Shown here piece after piece: positions 1 through 12,494 of a stretch of DNA of 64,000 nucleotides. The first letter of the stretch is position 1, and each line of letters opens with the position of its first letter. The stretch lies in NCBI GenBank assembly GCA_965153355.1, contig OZ231126.1, positions 13,702,001 through 13,766,000 of the forward strand, in the 5' to 3' direction. Origin of the DNA: Flaccisagitta enflata (Eukaryota). Position numbers and translations under genes: made by a program. The notes below the pieces were generated by a model that made no database searches, was not told the DNA's origin, and was given only the letters and a program-made list of their open reading frames with translations.

Positions 1-2
1 CA

Positions 3-138
3 TTTAAGTACCAAAAACATGTTATCATAACTAATGGCGAGAAAGGATTCGCCACATTATCAAGTGAGGCGAAAGAAGTGAAGTTCCATGAAGTCATTCC
101 AGTGGAATCGAAACAAATCATCGATACGAATGGCGCTG
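3..138 (+). CDS. Possible upstream exon of the 2892-3214 receptor paralogue (truncated by window edge)
   Basis: Frame 3 is open (FKYQKHVIITNGEKGF...IIDTNGA) and ends G|gtatga, phase 1, compatible with acceptor at 2892; similarity to the paralogue is weak. Confidence 0.3.
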
Positions 139-183
139 GTATGAGACAGGCAGACAGACAGACGCACGAATGGCGTAGGTATG

Positions 184-228
<45 letters not shown>

Positions 229-419
229 GTAGACGAACAGACAGAGATCTTTTGCTCACATCCCGTTTTTAGAATCAACGGAATCGAATCAATCAGTCCA
301 TCAATTGATTAGATTTTAATGATGATCCAACTTCATATCAAATACATCCAATTCTAATTCTAATTCCGTTCCTTTTATGAATTCTGATTCTTTTTCTAAT
401 TCTAATTCTGAATCTAAAT

Positions 420-815
420 ATAATTCGTATTCTTATTCTTATTCTTATTCTTATTCTTATTCTTATTCTTATTCTTATTCTTATTCTTATTCTTATTCTT
501 ATTCTTTATCTTACTCTTATTCTTATTCTTATTCTTATTCTTATTCTTATTCTTATTCTCGTTTCAATTCCAATTCCAATTCTGATTCTAATTCTAATTC
601 TAATTCTAATTCTAATTCTAATTCTAATTCCAATTCCAATTCCAATTCCAATTCCAATTCCAATTCCAATTCCAATTCCAAATCCAATTCCAATTCCAAT
701 TCCAATTCCAATTCTATTTCTATTTCTATTTCTAATTCTTATTCTAAATCTGATTCTATTTCTAATTCTTGTTCTGACTCTAATTCTAATTCTAATTCCG
801 GTTCTGATTCTAATT
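420..815. repeat. Compound hexamer microsatellite (TATTCT)n/(AATTCY)n
   Basis: Read directly. Confidence 0.95.
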
Positions 816-2891
816 TAAAAAGGTGACGCGTTTGTGGCTGGTTTCCTATCTCGGATGTTGTCAACAGATCCGCGAAACTCATCAACAATGCTAACAAATT
901 TGACCCATTCGGCAACCCCATCTGCAACCCCGTCTGCCACCCCATCTGACACCCCATCTGCAACTCCATTTGTCACCCCGTCTGTTATCCCAACTGCATC
1001 TCCAATCCATTTCCATGATTGTTTACAAAGTGGCAAGGAAATGGCGGCTTTTATACTCAAGCGAACTGGATTTTGCCTGCCCTAAAAACTTTTTCACACC
1101 AGGCTTGGAACATGTTATTTTTTCATTTTCTAGTCTTTTAAATTATTACTTCTTTTGGGAGGAGGGGAAGAAAAAACCACTTCCTCAATAATTGAAAGAT
1201 GAGTGCAAGAAGGAATTATTCTTAAAATTTAACAAAAATTTGTTAAATCATCTGAACTAATGTTTGCACATCCAAACTGTTCTCTGTTATCATTTGCTCA
1301 AATGCTATCTATTGCTACTCAAACATTGCCTTAACTGCACTGCACTGCACTGCAAATCGATTTTGCACACATCGGAGTGGCAACGTTGTCATTTATTCTT
1401 CTCGGATGAAATAATTCCAGAAATATTGAGAAAGAAATGCGAAATATAGCCACGATAGCAAAATACAGTTGCGCTAGGCTTAAGTGTACTTGCAGTACAT
1501 GTAGAGGCAATTTTGCACAGAAAGCATATTTCTTCTTTGTCTTTTTAGCTTTAAGGGAGCAGATTTATAAAGTATATTTTCGCCGGCCAATACGCCCTTA
1601 TGATACAGTGGGGAATTGTATTTCACTGCACAGCACTGTAGCGGAGCCAACTGTATTGGCGCGATTCCGACAGGCTACAGATACTAGTTTTCTGCTGCTT
1701 CTTTGGTCAACAAAATATTTGGACCTTGGATAATCCAAAAAAGTCTTAAATCGACTGCGTTTCTTATTTGGTATTTTGTTAAACATTTTTTTCTTTTTAG
1801 TCGCGTGCTACACGACTGTACTTCCCGCTATGTCGGTCCGTCGGTCGGTTGGTTGGTCGGTCGGTTGGTCGGTCCCATTTTTACTTTTTCGGCGTTTTGA
1901 GCTTTTTGAGCATACAGCTCCTGCCCAGATGCTCTGGTGACCCTGTCCAGCACTGCTCCTGCCCAGCCGCACGCGACTAGGGTATGTTTTATTGGAATGT
2001 CAGCAAGTAAGAGATGATTTTTTTAGTCGCGTGCACGCGACTCTACAACCCGCTCTGTCTGTCTGTTGGTTACGCTTAGGTCATGCTTAGCTTTTTTTCG
2101 CCACCCCTGCCCACCCGCATGCGACTAAGGTAGCCGTGTATCCGACCCTGTTTTCTTTTTAGATGCGTCCTCGCATCTCTATAAGAGGTCAGGTCTGTCG
2201 GTCGGTTGTGCAAACATTTAAATCACAAAATCTGAGGCTCTTTCATACAAAAACTAGCACTAACCAACTCTCTCACTCATTCATTTAATCATTCATTTAT
2301 TCATTCTTTCATTAATAAACGACATTCATTCTTAGAGGACGCATCGTTGGCCTAATTGGCCTTATTCAACTTTTTTTCCCTTATAATTCCATCGCATAGA
2401 AAATTAAAATCTGTAATTGGGAGTTATCGAATAGTTGTAGGAAAAACAAAGGCAAAAAGATTTTTAGTCGCGTTGGTCTGTCAGTCTGTCGGTTGGCATT
2501 TGTTCTACGATCCACAGGGCGCACTTTATTGGCCTTATTGGCCTGGTTCATGTCGCTATCCCTTTCTAATTCACCTTCCTCTAACTTGTGTCTTTATACA
2601 TCCATCTCATCCACCTTTACTGCTCCAGTCTCTATCACCTTAATCATCTCTACTTCTATTGTCTGTTTTTGTTTTGTTTTTTTTTTGTCTCATTCACATT
2701 ATTTCTGATGTCTCTTTCTCCATCTTGATCTGAATCACATTCACCTTTAATTCTTTTGTCTTCACCCCTTTTTCATTGACCTTTACTGTTTCTACCTGCT
2801 CCGTATATTCATCTCACTAACCTGCATTTAACGTGTCTTTAGACCCCAATCTCTCTCTACTTGTATCATCATCATCGTTTCCTCTTTCTAG

Positions 2892-3214
2892 GATACATTA
2901 GTTATCCCCAATATGGCTTCACCGTCCGAAGAGATTGGAAATGGGCAAAGCCGGTGAAAAGGAAGATGCTAGAATATGGCGAAGCTGGCTTGTTTGACGT
3001 CGTCAGTCATCGCTATAAGAAGAGGAAGTCGGTCCGTCCTTCGGCTGTCGTCGAAAATGGGTCCATCCATCTCGCGGGATTCTCATAAATGCTCATTTGT
3101 TTGGTCGTCGTCGCTTCAACTGCGACTCTGCTTTCATTCGTCGTTTTACTGCTTCAGCATCCATTGAGAGGAAACAATGATGTCAACAGCGTGAATATGT
3201 TTGGGGGATATTAG
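2892..3214 (+). pseudogene. 3' exon of a tandem iGluR/IR-like paralogue with an in-frame TAA (3086-3088) before M4; pseudogene or readthrough candidate
   Basis: tttctag| GYISYPQYGFTVRRDWKWAKPVKRKMLEYGEAGLFDVVSHRY aligns with GYFSYSSRGFVVRKDYERAQDIKNLFIGYENEGYFYKVRHRY of the downstream gene; after the TAA the same frame reads MLICLVVVASTATLLSFVVLLL (M4-like) to TAG at 3212-3214. Confidence 0.7.
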
Positions 3215-4545
3215 CAGTATAAAAGTGACAGGAGGATGTCAGCAGCGTAATTAAAACAAGGGAATATTAGCAATGTAAAGGGATACAAGCAGTGTAAATA
3301 AAGTCAGGATACATTGGTAGCCAGGGGGAGTGGGGCCTTTTTGCCTGTTTGCCTGCCTTTTTGCCTGTTTTTCATAGTGGGACCAGTGTATGACGCAGAG
3401 GGTCAGTGGGTCAGATCTGGTGCTGGTTTAACCTTAGTTTTTTTGTATAAACTGGCTATTGGGTTGGTCAACACCACCAAAGCGAATTTTCAAATTCAAA
3501 TATAGCAGATCTAAGCAGATCTAGATTTCAGAGGGTTTTCTAGGCGGGGTTTGAACTTATGCCGAGGTTAGCCCCCTTCTATCTAACATTGAAAGCATGC
3601 AAGGCTTTCATCCTTTGTATATTGGAGAATTCTGGCCTCCTTTTATAAGGGTAATGTTGTTTCAACTTTCATAAGTATCAGTACCTTGGTAGAGAATGCC
3701 GGCGGTCCCAGTTGGTTGTACCTCGATTCTTGCCTCTAAGGGTATGGTTTTCTAATCAATATTGCTAATGTCAGTAATTCCATCAGTACATTAGTAATCT
3801 TTGATTGTAACTTTTGTAAGACATTTTGTGTATACTAAATGGCATAGGCCTGTTCAACCCTATATTAATGTGGTATGCAGTCAAGCTGATGTTCTTGCCA
3901 GGTAAGCATTTTGTTTGTCATTAGTAAAGGATAGTTGTGAGCAATCCGGAGTAAACACCATCGAAAGCTTGCAAAGCTTTCATCCTTTGTATATTGGAGA
4001 ATTCTGGCCTCTTTTTATAAGGGCAGTGTTGTTTCAACTTTCATTGGAAGCATTGATAAAATCAAGTTATGCTAGCAATTAGCAATGTAAATGGAATAAG
4101 GGCAAATCAGCTGAATAAATGAAATAAGGGGATGTAAACAGTGAATAAAAAGGCCCAATCGTTTTGAACAGTATTTAATGTTTCAATACTTCGTATCAGC
4201 TGCAATCTGATCATCTTTAAGAGAAATGGAAATCTTTTGTTCAGTCCTCATAAAAAGCTAAAAGTAGCCATATCAATTACTGATGGTAGGCCGGCATTAA
4301 AACGGATAGTTCACAGAAACAAGGCCGGATACCAGACCATTATCTAGGTACCGGCGGGTGGGTTGAGGCGGCAGTGGCAGTTGTGTGAGTGGGCAGGGTT
4401 GTTATTTAAATGGGCAGGCGCGGCAATTTAGTTGAGTAGGGATTGAAATGCTCAGAGATCACTATCACTATCGTACGCGTATCTTGGCCAATTTCGAGTT
4501 ATCTAAAAAATCGCTTTGCGGACCTTGCGACGGACCCTTGGTCTA

Positions 4546-5313
4546 CCCTGTCATCAATTACGACTGCAACCAGCAGAACCTTTATTGTGCTTAGAGTATT
4601 CGTTTTGAAAAATTCTGATTGGTGCTATCTGCAGGCACATAACCTACCATTTATTCATGCAAAATTTCATAGCACTGGCTCAAGCGGTTTGGCCTACACA
4701 ACATTTTGAGTGAAAATGTGGTCAGCACCAAGAAAGGCTTTGTAAAATAACGCATGAGCAAACACATGTAACTTTAAATCAACCTTATTTCTAAACAAAT
4801 GAAGCTAAAATCGCCAGACTGGTCTTGAATGAAAGAAAATATGTCACAGTTTATGAATTTTTTGAAATACTCATCAGATTGATGAATTTAATGTGGCAAA
4901 ACAATAGTTTCATCTAATTTTGAAAGGTTTTCTTGTTTTTTTTTTCAGATCGCTCTTCATTTTAGGCTAGATATTCTATAAAGTTACTAAGAAAATCCAC
5001 AAGAATTCAAGGGGATGATCAAATAGTGTTCATTTGTGACCAATATGACCAATAAAGCTCAACCTAAGCCAATATAAGAGAGATTTAACCATGAAAAACT
5101 GCTGAAAAAGGCTATTTCTAAATAGAATTACATCAAAATTCACCAAATTTCAAAATCATGTGGAAGCCAAACCGCTAAAGCCAGAGATGTGGAATTTTAC
5201 ATGAAAAAATGGTAGGTTATATGCTTTAAGATCGAACAAACCTGAATCTTTCAAAAAGATCACTTTAGGCACAATGAAGGTTTCGCTGGTTGCAGTTGTA
5301 TCTGATGACAGGG
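4546..5313. mobile_element. TA-flanked MITE with long imperfect TIRs
   Basis: TA|CCCTGTCATCA ... TGATGACAGGG|TA; arms about 160 bp. Confidence 0.75.
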
Positions 5314-5735
5314 TATCCTCCCCTGAAACACTGCAGGAACCCGTCTCCCAGCTACCACATTCATCCAAGAAAATGACCCCGACACGCGGAGTGTCAAACA
5401 TTTATACATGTTGAGTGCTCGCTTCTGAAGCGAACGTTCATAAGGCATTCGTAAGCCACTCTAGCAATTTTTAGTAACTTAACTTTTCTTGGCTTGCTTA
5501 TGGATTTGGCGAGATAAATCTTTCTAAGCCGTCGTTAAACACGGCACAGCTTTCATGTCATGCATGTTCAAATTGTCGTCATCATCTCTTTTTAACTTGA
5601 TAGTTTCAAAGATTTTCCCAAGACAATAAGACGTTTGAAAATTATCCAAATAGAAAAAGACAGCCCAGCGGCAATATGCAAATGATTTTTTCGACTAACC
5701 AACCCTTAAGAAGAGATCCAACGCCACGCAGAATT

Positions 5736-5883
<148 letters not shown>

Positions 5884-6732
5884 TAGACAGACAGAGACAG
5901 AAACAGAGAGAGAAAAAGAAAAATAGTCGCAAAAGCGTTAGATGGTACCCGTTACTCCTATGTGAGTATATGTTGTGTGATGGTGAGAAGGGCAGCGGCC
6001 CCAAAGGGTCTTAAGGCTGGAATTTGAGTCTCAAGGCTGTGATTTGAGCTTAAAGGCTGTGATTTGAGCCTCAAGGCGGTGAATTGAGCCTCGAGGCTGT
6101 AATTTGAGCCTCGAGGCTGTAATTTGAGCCTCGAGGCTGTAATTTGAGCCTCGAGGCTGTGATTTGAACCTTGAAGCTGTGATTTGAGCCTCGAGGCTGT
6201 GATTTGAGCCTCAAGGCTGGAATTTGAGGCTTGAGGTTGGGATTGAGGCTTGAGGTTGGGTTTTGAGCCTTGAGGTTGGAATGTGAGCCTCAAGGATGGG
6301 ATTTGAGCCTTGAGTCTGGAATTTGAGCCTTGAGGCCGAGATTTGAGCCTCAAGGCTGGGATTTGAGCATTGAGGCTGGGATTTGAGCCTCAATGTTGGG
6401 ATTTGAGCCTCAAGGCTGGGACTTGAGCCTCTAAGCTTGAATTTGAACCTTGAGGTGGGGATTCGAGCTTCAAGGCTAAGAATTTGGCATTGAGGCTAGA
6501 ATTTGTGCCTCGAGACTAGGATTTGAGCCTCAACGTTATGATTTGAGCCTCGGCGCTACAATATGAGCTTTGAAGGGGGTGGACAGAGAAGAAGAAGAAG
6601 AAGAAGAAGAAGAAGAAGAAGAAGAAGAAGAAGAAGAAGAAGAAGAAGAAGAAGAAGAAGAAGAAGGAGAAGGAGAAATTTCTCCTGTGTGGAAGCATAG
6701 GTCATTGGCCCCTTCGGGGACGCTGCCCAAAA

Positions 6733-6806
<74 letters not shown>

Positions 6807-7740
6807 ATAAGTCGTTCCCTTTGTCTACTGGTTATTTCTTCATTATCAATCCTTGTAGGTCGTGCTGATCTAGTCTAGCTTCCAAGCACCCGCGACTTTT
6901 TCTGGAACTATTTGGTCTAGCTTGCATTCTTACATCATTTTTCATTTAGCAAGGCCCTTCATAGAGGGTGACACCCGTAACAAATTATCGCCTCACTTTT
7001 GGGGGCCCCAGAGAAGCTTGGTAGGTGGAACAACATCCCTCACTATACCCAAATTGAAAAATATGGAAGAGAGCCTTGTGAGCCCTCATTGACTAGTTAC
7101 TACGCGCAAAACGCTAATGCTTACCAAAATAGTTAAGGGCGAATGATTGTCACCTGTGTATATTTCAAAGAAAGAGATAGGCTCGCTGGATACATTTTGC
7201 TCATGACAACAATAGGGTAAAAAAATGCTTTGAATCTACTGTTGTAAAGAAAAATTTAGAGGATTTAAGGACAATCGGATGTTAACAAGGCCAAGAGATG
7301 TCCAATAGATGCGTCCTCTTTAGATGTAAGATATTAAGACAAAAAGATATGATGATTATGATAAGATATAATGATACACAAATATCAAGATATTCTCTTT
7401 ACCCTTCCCCCCGCCCCTTCCTCGCGTCCCCCTACATCCCCGCGCCCCCCTCCCACGCCCCCGTCGCCCAACACCCTCCCTGCCGCCGCCCCCTTACGCC
7501 CCACCCCCCCACTCCCTCCACACCCCCTCCTCCACGCCCCAACATCCTCCCATACTAATGCAAGGACACATCTAAAGATAAAAACAGACATGGAGACATG
7601 AGGAGACTAAAAATACAAGACACGAAGAGACAAATGTAGAGACACAAGAACAGACACATAAAGAGACGCATAGGAGAAAAATAAAGAGATACATGAAGTA
7701 ATACATAAGAGAGATACATGAATAGACACACAAAGAGATA

Positions 7741-8170
7741 CTACTCGACTCAGTATAAAAGCCGCACTATCAAATGGCAAATTGTCATACTGAATTTAAA
7801 AAAAAAAACCTAATCAAAATCTTAGACCATTAGAAAGCTCTTGAAAAGATCTTTCATTTGGCTCCAATTTGGCAATTCTAGCTTTATTTGTTAAGAAATG
7901 GTATAAACATGAGCAGAAGTATTGCCATAATCATTTTCAATCCCATAAATTCCATGACAAATCCCATACAAATTAAAAGACAACTTTGACAAGCTCTTGC
8001 TCCTAAACCGTTTGAGATACAGATCTAGGATTGGTCAAGAATGAAAGAAAATTTGAAAATCTGTCAAATCACTTCAACAGAGAACTGTCTAAATGATATC
8101 TTTTTCTTATTCATCAACTCAAAATAGGGTGCGGCTTTTTTTCTTTCTTTTTGTTTTTTGAGTCGAGTAG
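7741..8170. mobile_element. TA-flanked MITE (CTAC family)
   Basis: TA|CTACTCGACTCA...AAGCCGCAC / GTGCGGCTT...TGAGTCGAGTAG|TA. Confidence 0.8.
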
Positions 8171-9193
8171 TAAGAATAGACACATGAAAAGACACATTTA
8201 GAGACACATGAAGAGATTCATGAAGAGAAATGAATAAACACAAAGAGAAATGAAGAGAAATAAAGAGACGTGATGAGAAATGAAGAAAATACCTCAGAAA
8301 TCGCGTTTTGAATATTTCGCGTTACCAACCTACCAAAATACATACATGCATACATACCAAGGGACAAACCCTCTTATAGAGATGCGAGGACGCATCTAAA
8401 AAGGGAAAGAGGGTTGTTTAAGCGATGTGGCGAAAAATAAAAGAGCCAGAGATAATGTGCACGTTTCCAATGATGCAACAGCATTCAAAATGAAAGAGCA
8501 GAGGAGGGGGGGGGGCACTGCACTGGTATTTGTTACACATTTGTACAGGGTTCGTGACCGTTTGTGATGGGCCCTGTCATCTATACAAGCGGATTTCTAG
8601 AGATTTCTTCCAATATCAGCAACGCTCTCCACTTGGAAATCCGCTTGTAAAAAAAACGAAACGAAAACAAAATGGATTTTAGCGGCCTTTTAACACCGGT
8701 TGGTTGGTGAAATCTGAGTATTAAGATGGATAGATTTCAGATTTGCCTGACAATTTTTTCCCCGGCTAAAAAAAATTACCTGTTTTAGCCACTTGCAACG
8801 CTTCTTAATATTCCGCTTTGCCGGTCCAACCGTCTATCATAGTTTACCATTTATGAGCTTTTTGGCATACACTGCCCCTGCCTGAATTTTCTTTTGTCAT
8901 TGTCCCGGGCCTCCCGGCCTACCCACATGTGACTTGATTTGCCGTGTATCTTAGCACGGAGCCTTTTGACTAAGTATCGTCACTGTATCTGGCCTTGTTT
9001 CCATCTAAATCTCGTCCTTTCGATGTATTGAAGCTGACTAAAAAGAAAGAGGAGGAAACAGGAGCGTGTATTACGTCTGCTTCAGTTACTTTTCCTACAG
9101 AACTGGTAAGCTGATTATAATTTCTTTCCCTCACAACAAAAAGAGGTCTGAATAATTGCTAGAGCCAAATTACTTCTACTTTGTGTCTTCAAG

Positions 9194-9437
9194 ATATGGC
9201 TCGAGTGGTGACATACATCACTGATGATATTTGTATCCGCAATGCGAGTGGATCCAATGAATTGGAAGGGATATGTTACGATATTTGGAATCGGGCAGCC
9301 CGCGATCTCAATATCACATTTTCTATTCAATTTGTTAATCGATGGTCTGACATGTTTGACCAGATCAAAAACAGGGGTGCAGATGTCATCATGCAAGCTA
9401 TATCTGTGGGAATGACGAAGACTTTCAAAGTTACAGG
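9194..9437 (+). CDS. Ionotropic receptor (iGluR/IR-like) exon encoding the S1 ligand-binding lobe
   Basis: cttcaag| (D)MARVVTYITDDICIRNASGSNELEGICYDIWNRAARDLNITFSIQFVNRWSDMFDQIKNRGADVIMQAIS...; matches iGluR S1 (EG.c.Dl, W.gm....AD). Donor GG|gtaggt, phase 2, matches acceptor at 11519. ATG at 9196; true start uncertain. Confidence 0.82.
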
Positions 9438-9577
9438 GTAGGTAACCAAAACAAACTAACTAACTTCTAATGATGGGGATCACTAATCAGTGAAGGTGAT
9501 GGTTTGTTAAGGGAAGCTTATGGCAAAGATCTGTAACTTTTTACTGTGTACAGTAAACGTTGTCTAGTCTTAACCTA

Positions 9578-10140
9578 CAGGGTGATTTTTTTCAAGTGGG
9601 GGAAAGTATTAAGGCATCAAATTTTAATTATGACATTTCAGGATGAACCAAAATTAGTTTATAGTTGCAAACTTCTTGACATTTACTTTTCAAGAAAGAA
9701 AAAATATCTTTGGCAAATTTTGTTAATATTTTTATCAAACCCAAAATTTCAGGAAAATCAATGTTTTTTTATGAAATTAATTATATGGATGAAGCTGAAA
9801 TTACAAAATTTTAGTAAAAAACTGTTTTGAATAAAAACCAGAGTTGAAATATCCAGATTAGTGATAAAAGTAAACTGACATTCAACTTTTTGACCAAAAT
9901 AAGTTTTTTTTTGTGCATAATTCAAAAATTCACTATTGTGAAAAAATGATATGAACTTAATGGATTGAAAATGGTCAACTGTGCTAAATTGAATTCAAAA
10001 CTGGTCAAAAATATTTTTTCTTTCTTGAATATCAAATGTTAAATAGTTTGCAAGTATAAACTAACTTTGGTTTATCTTCAAATTACATGACAAAAATTTG
10101 ATGTCTTAATACTTTCCCCCACTTGAAAAAAATCACCCTG
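9578..10140. mobile_element. Tc1/mariner-type MITE in the receptor intron
   Basis: TA|CAGGGTGATTTTTTTCAAGTGGGGGAAAG ... CTTTCCCCCACTTGAAAAAAATCACCCTG|TA. Confidence 0.88.
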
Positions 10141-11518
10141 TATGATCTTAGGACTCTTAAGATCATAGGCGCATAAATGGCGCTCAGACCAATAGCACAT
10201 CCTTCTTACCTCATTGTTTCCTTATTACATATCTTCAACTTGAAGTTTAAGGGGGTATACAGTCAGTAAACAAAGCAATATCTGTTTATACCGTTGAACC
10301 CCGCATTAACAGATACCAAGGGACCAAAAAATGATACATTTACACTGCAAAAAAAAATGTCAATGTAAAAAAAGAATACAACAAGATTTTACATTTGTTA
10401 TTGGTGTATCTAATAGATACTATCTATATTACCCTATGTTTCGTTATGGTGGGGTGGAACTCTACATAATTTGATCAACTTCAATCTAGCGATCGGGCAA
10501 TTAAGAAAATGTTGGTGTACACCAACTGACTATAGAAATAACAGCGAATTGTTCAGCTATATTTTTGGTCAAAATGTAATTTTTACAGCGAAAAAGTTGC
10601 AGTTTCATGATCCTGATGAATTCCGCATATTCTAACAAATCACATTGTCAAAATAATATGTAAGATAAAGATTTTTATCCTCAATGCTGAATTATTATAT
10701 AGTGCTATAATGAAAACGGAACAACTTGTTTTGCTTCTTTCTGCTGAACTGAGGGCTTAAACCATAGAAAATTCAAATGCGACGTTGCTGGTAATTCTAG
10801 CTTTATTCGTTTAGAAATAACATAAGAATGAGTAAAAACAATGCCCCATTCAATTTTGTGTTTGATTGAATAAAAAGGCTTAAAAAAAAGTTCACTTTGA
10901 CAAGCTCTAACTCTTATACTGTTTGAGATACAGACTTGGGATTGGTCAAGAATGAAAGAAAATTTGAAAATCTTTAAAATTATCCTGAAAAAAAGTTTAA
11001 AAAACATTTTTTTAGTCTTTTTTTTACAGTTAAACAAAGAGAGGCAGCTTCTTCAACTTCAACTTTTACATTAGTGACCACCTACTCTTTATCCTTGCGC
11101 CATTTCTGAATGAAAAAGCGAGGACAACCAGCAAGGTGGCATTCGAAAGATTTTTCACAGAGCTTTCAAAAGGTCATGGATTTTGCAATTTTTTTCTCAT
11201 TGGATGAGCATCAAACACTGACAAACATTTTGTTCTGTTTTTTTTTTTTTGTGCTACTGTTAGTAAATAGTGTAACATATCTAACATATTAAAACTTTAT
11301 CATATACACAAATCTCTAAATCAATATTTATTTTGCAAAAAAAAAATGGATTTTTCCAACATTGAGACTGAATAGGTAAATATTGTTTCTATACAGCAAC
11401 AGATCAAAGCCGACTGTTATGTATCATTTATGCACACATATTGTTTCATACATTGACTGTTCGGGTATCACCACTACAGTGAAGATGTTATTTAGTAAAT
11501 TTACTCTTGCTATTTCAG

Positions 11519-12494
11519 GCATGTTTTCACGCCAACATTTTTGGCGGATGGGCTTCGAGCGGCGATGCTTTTTGACGGCCAACAGTCCAATAAAGCTCCA
11601 TTTCTCCAACCTTTCACTTTGTACACATGGCTTTCATTTCTAGCTCTTTTAATGTTGTACAGTTGCGTCCTTTGTTTTGTTTCTTACCTTGGAAAACGCG
11701 GCAACGATGGATCTGTCTTCCAGGAAAACCATCAGTTTTCCTTAATGCAAAGTGTATCGTATTTCTCCACAATATTGATTCAAATTGGGGCTGACAGACA
11801 TCCCAGCTCCATCAGCGGCAAAGTACTAACCTTGATGTGGAGCGCTTTTACCCTCATCGCCATTGCAACTTACACTGCCAATCTGGCGGCTTTTTTCACC
11901 AATTCTGTCCCCATAAAGCCCATTTATAGCATCAATGATATTGAAGCATCGGAGTACAATGTAACAACTTACGCCGTTTTTCAACCCTATCTCCCGCACA
12001 ACAAAAACCCAATAATTAAGAGTCTCCTTGCTAAAGATCGCATCATGTTTGATATTCCATCAAACGATTTTGGTCTCGTGGAGACTAAAAAAGCTTTGAA
12101 GATGAAGAAAGTTTTATTATGTCCCGGGATTAACTTGGAGAGTATCAAGACAAAATTCATACCCGACCTTTTCTACTTAGAAGGTTATTTCAGTTATTCC
12201 TCAAGAGGCTTCGTTGTAAGGAAAGATTACGAGCGGGCCCAAGATATCAAAAATCTTTTTATTGGTTATGAAAATGAGGGTTACTTTTACAAAGTGAGAC
12301 ATCGATATGAAGCTAATGATGGCTGCAAAATAACGAAAAAAACAAACCACTCCATCGAGATCAAAAGCATGAGGGAAATTATCTTAGGTATGGCTGTAGT
12401 GGCCTTTTTTGCTCTCGCAATCGCTGTCGTTGCTTTTGCAAATGGCAAAATGAATTCATCTAATCGAGTGCGTGGAAATTGGTCAACTGGGTAG
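11519..12494 (+). CDS. Ionotropic receptor (iGluR/IR-like) main exon: end of S1, M1, pore loop, M3, S2, M4
   Basis: tttcag|G HVFTPTFLADGL...FLQPFTLYTW (M1), STILIQIG (pore), SGKVLTLMWSAFTLIAIATYTANLAAFFT (SYTANLAAF gate motif), S2 ...RGFVVRKD...EGYFYKVRHRY, hydrophobic M4, TAG at 12492-12494. Confidence 0.9.

Noticed and set aside
377-826. 149-aa SY/SN-rich ORF
   Set aside because: Hexamer microsatellite translation.
1795-2370. tRNA-derived SINE interpretation of the short interspersed repeats
   Set aside because: No clear A/B boxes or TSDs; subTIR, microsatellite and hairpin layout fits DINE-1/HINE better.
3086-3088. Alternative genetic code (TAA reassigned)
   Set aside because: No other in-frame TAA or TAG in more than 1200 codons of the other assembled genes; the receptor ends at TAG.
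5958-6393. ORFs with SRLK/LEAQI repeats (also 34693-35045, 55707-56145)
   Set aside because: Central 20-bp tandem repeats of HINE-like elements.
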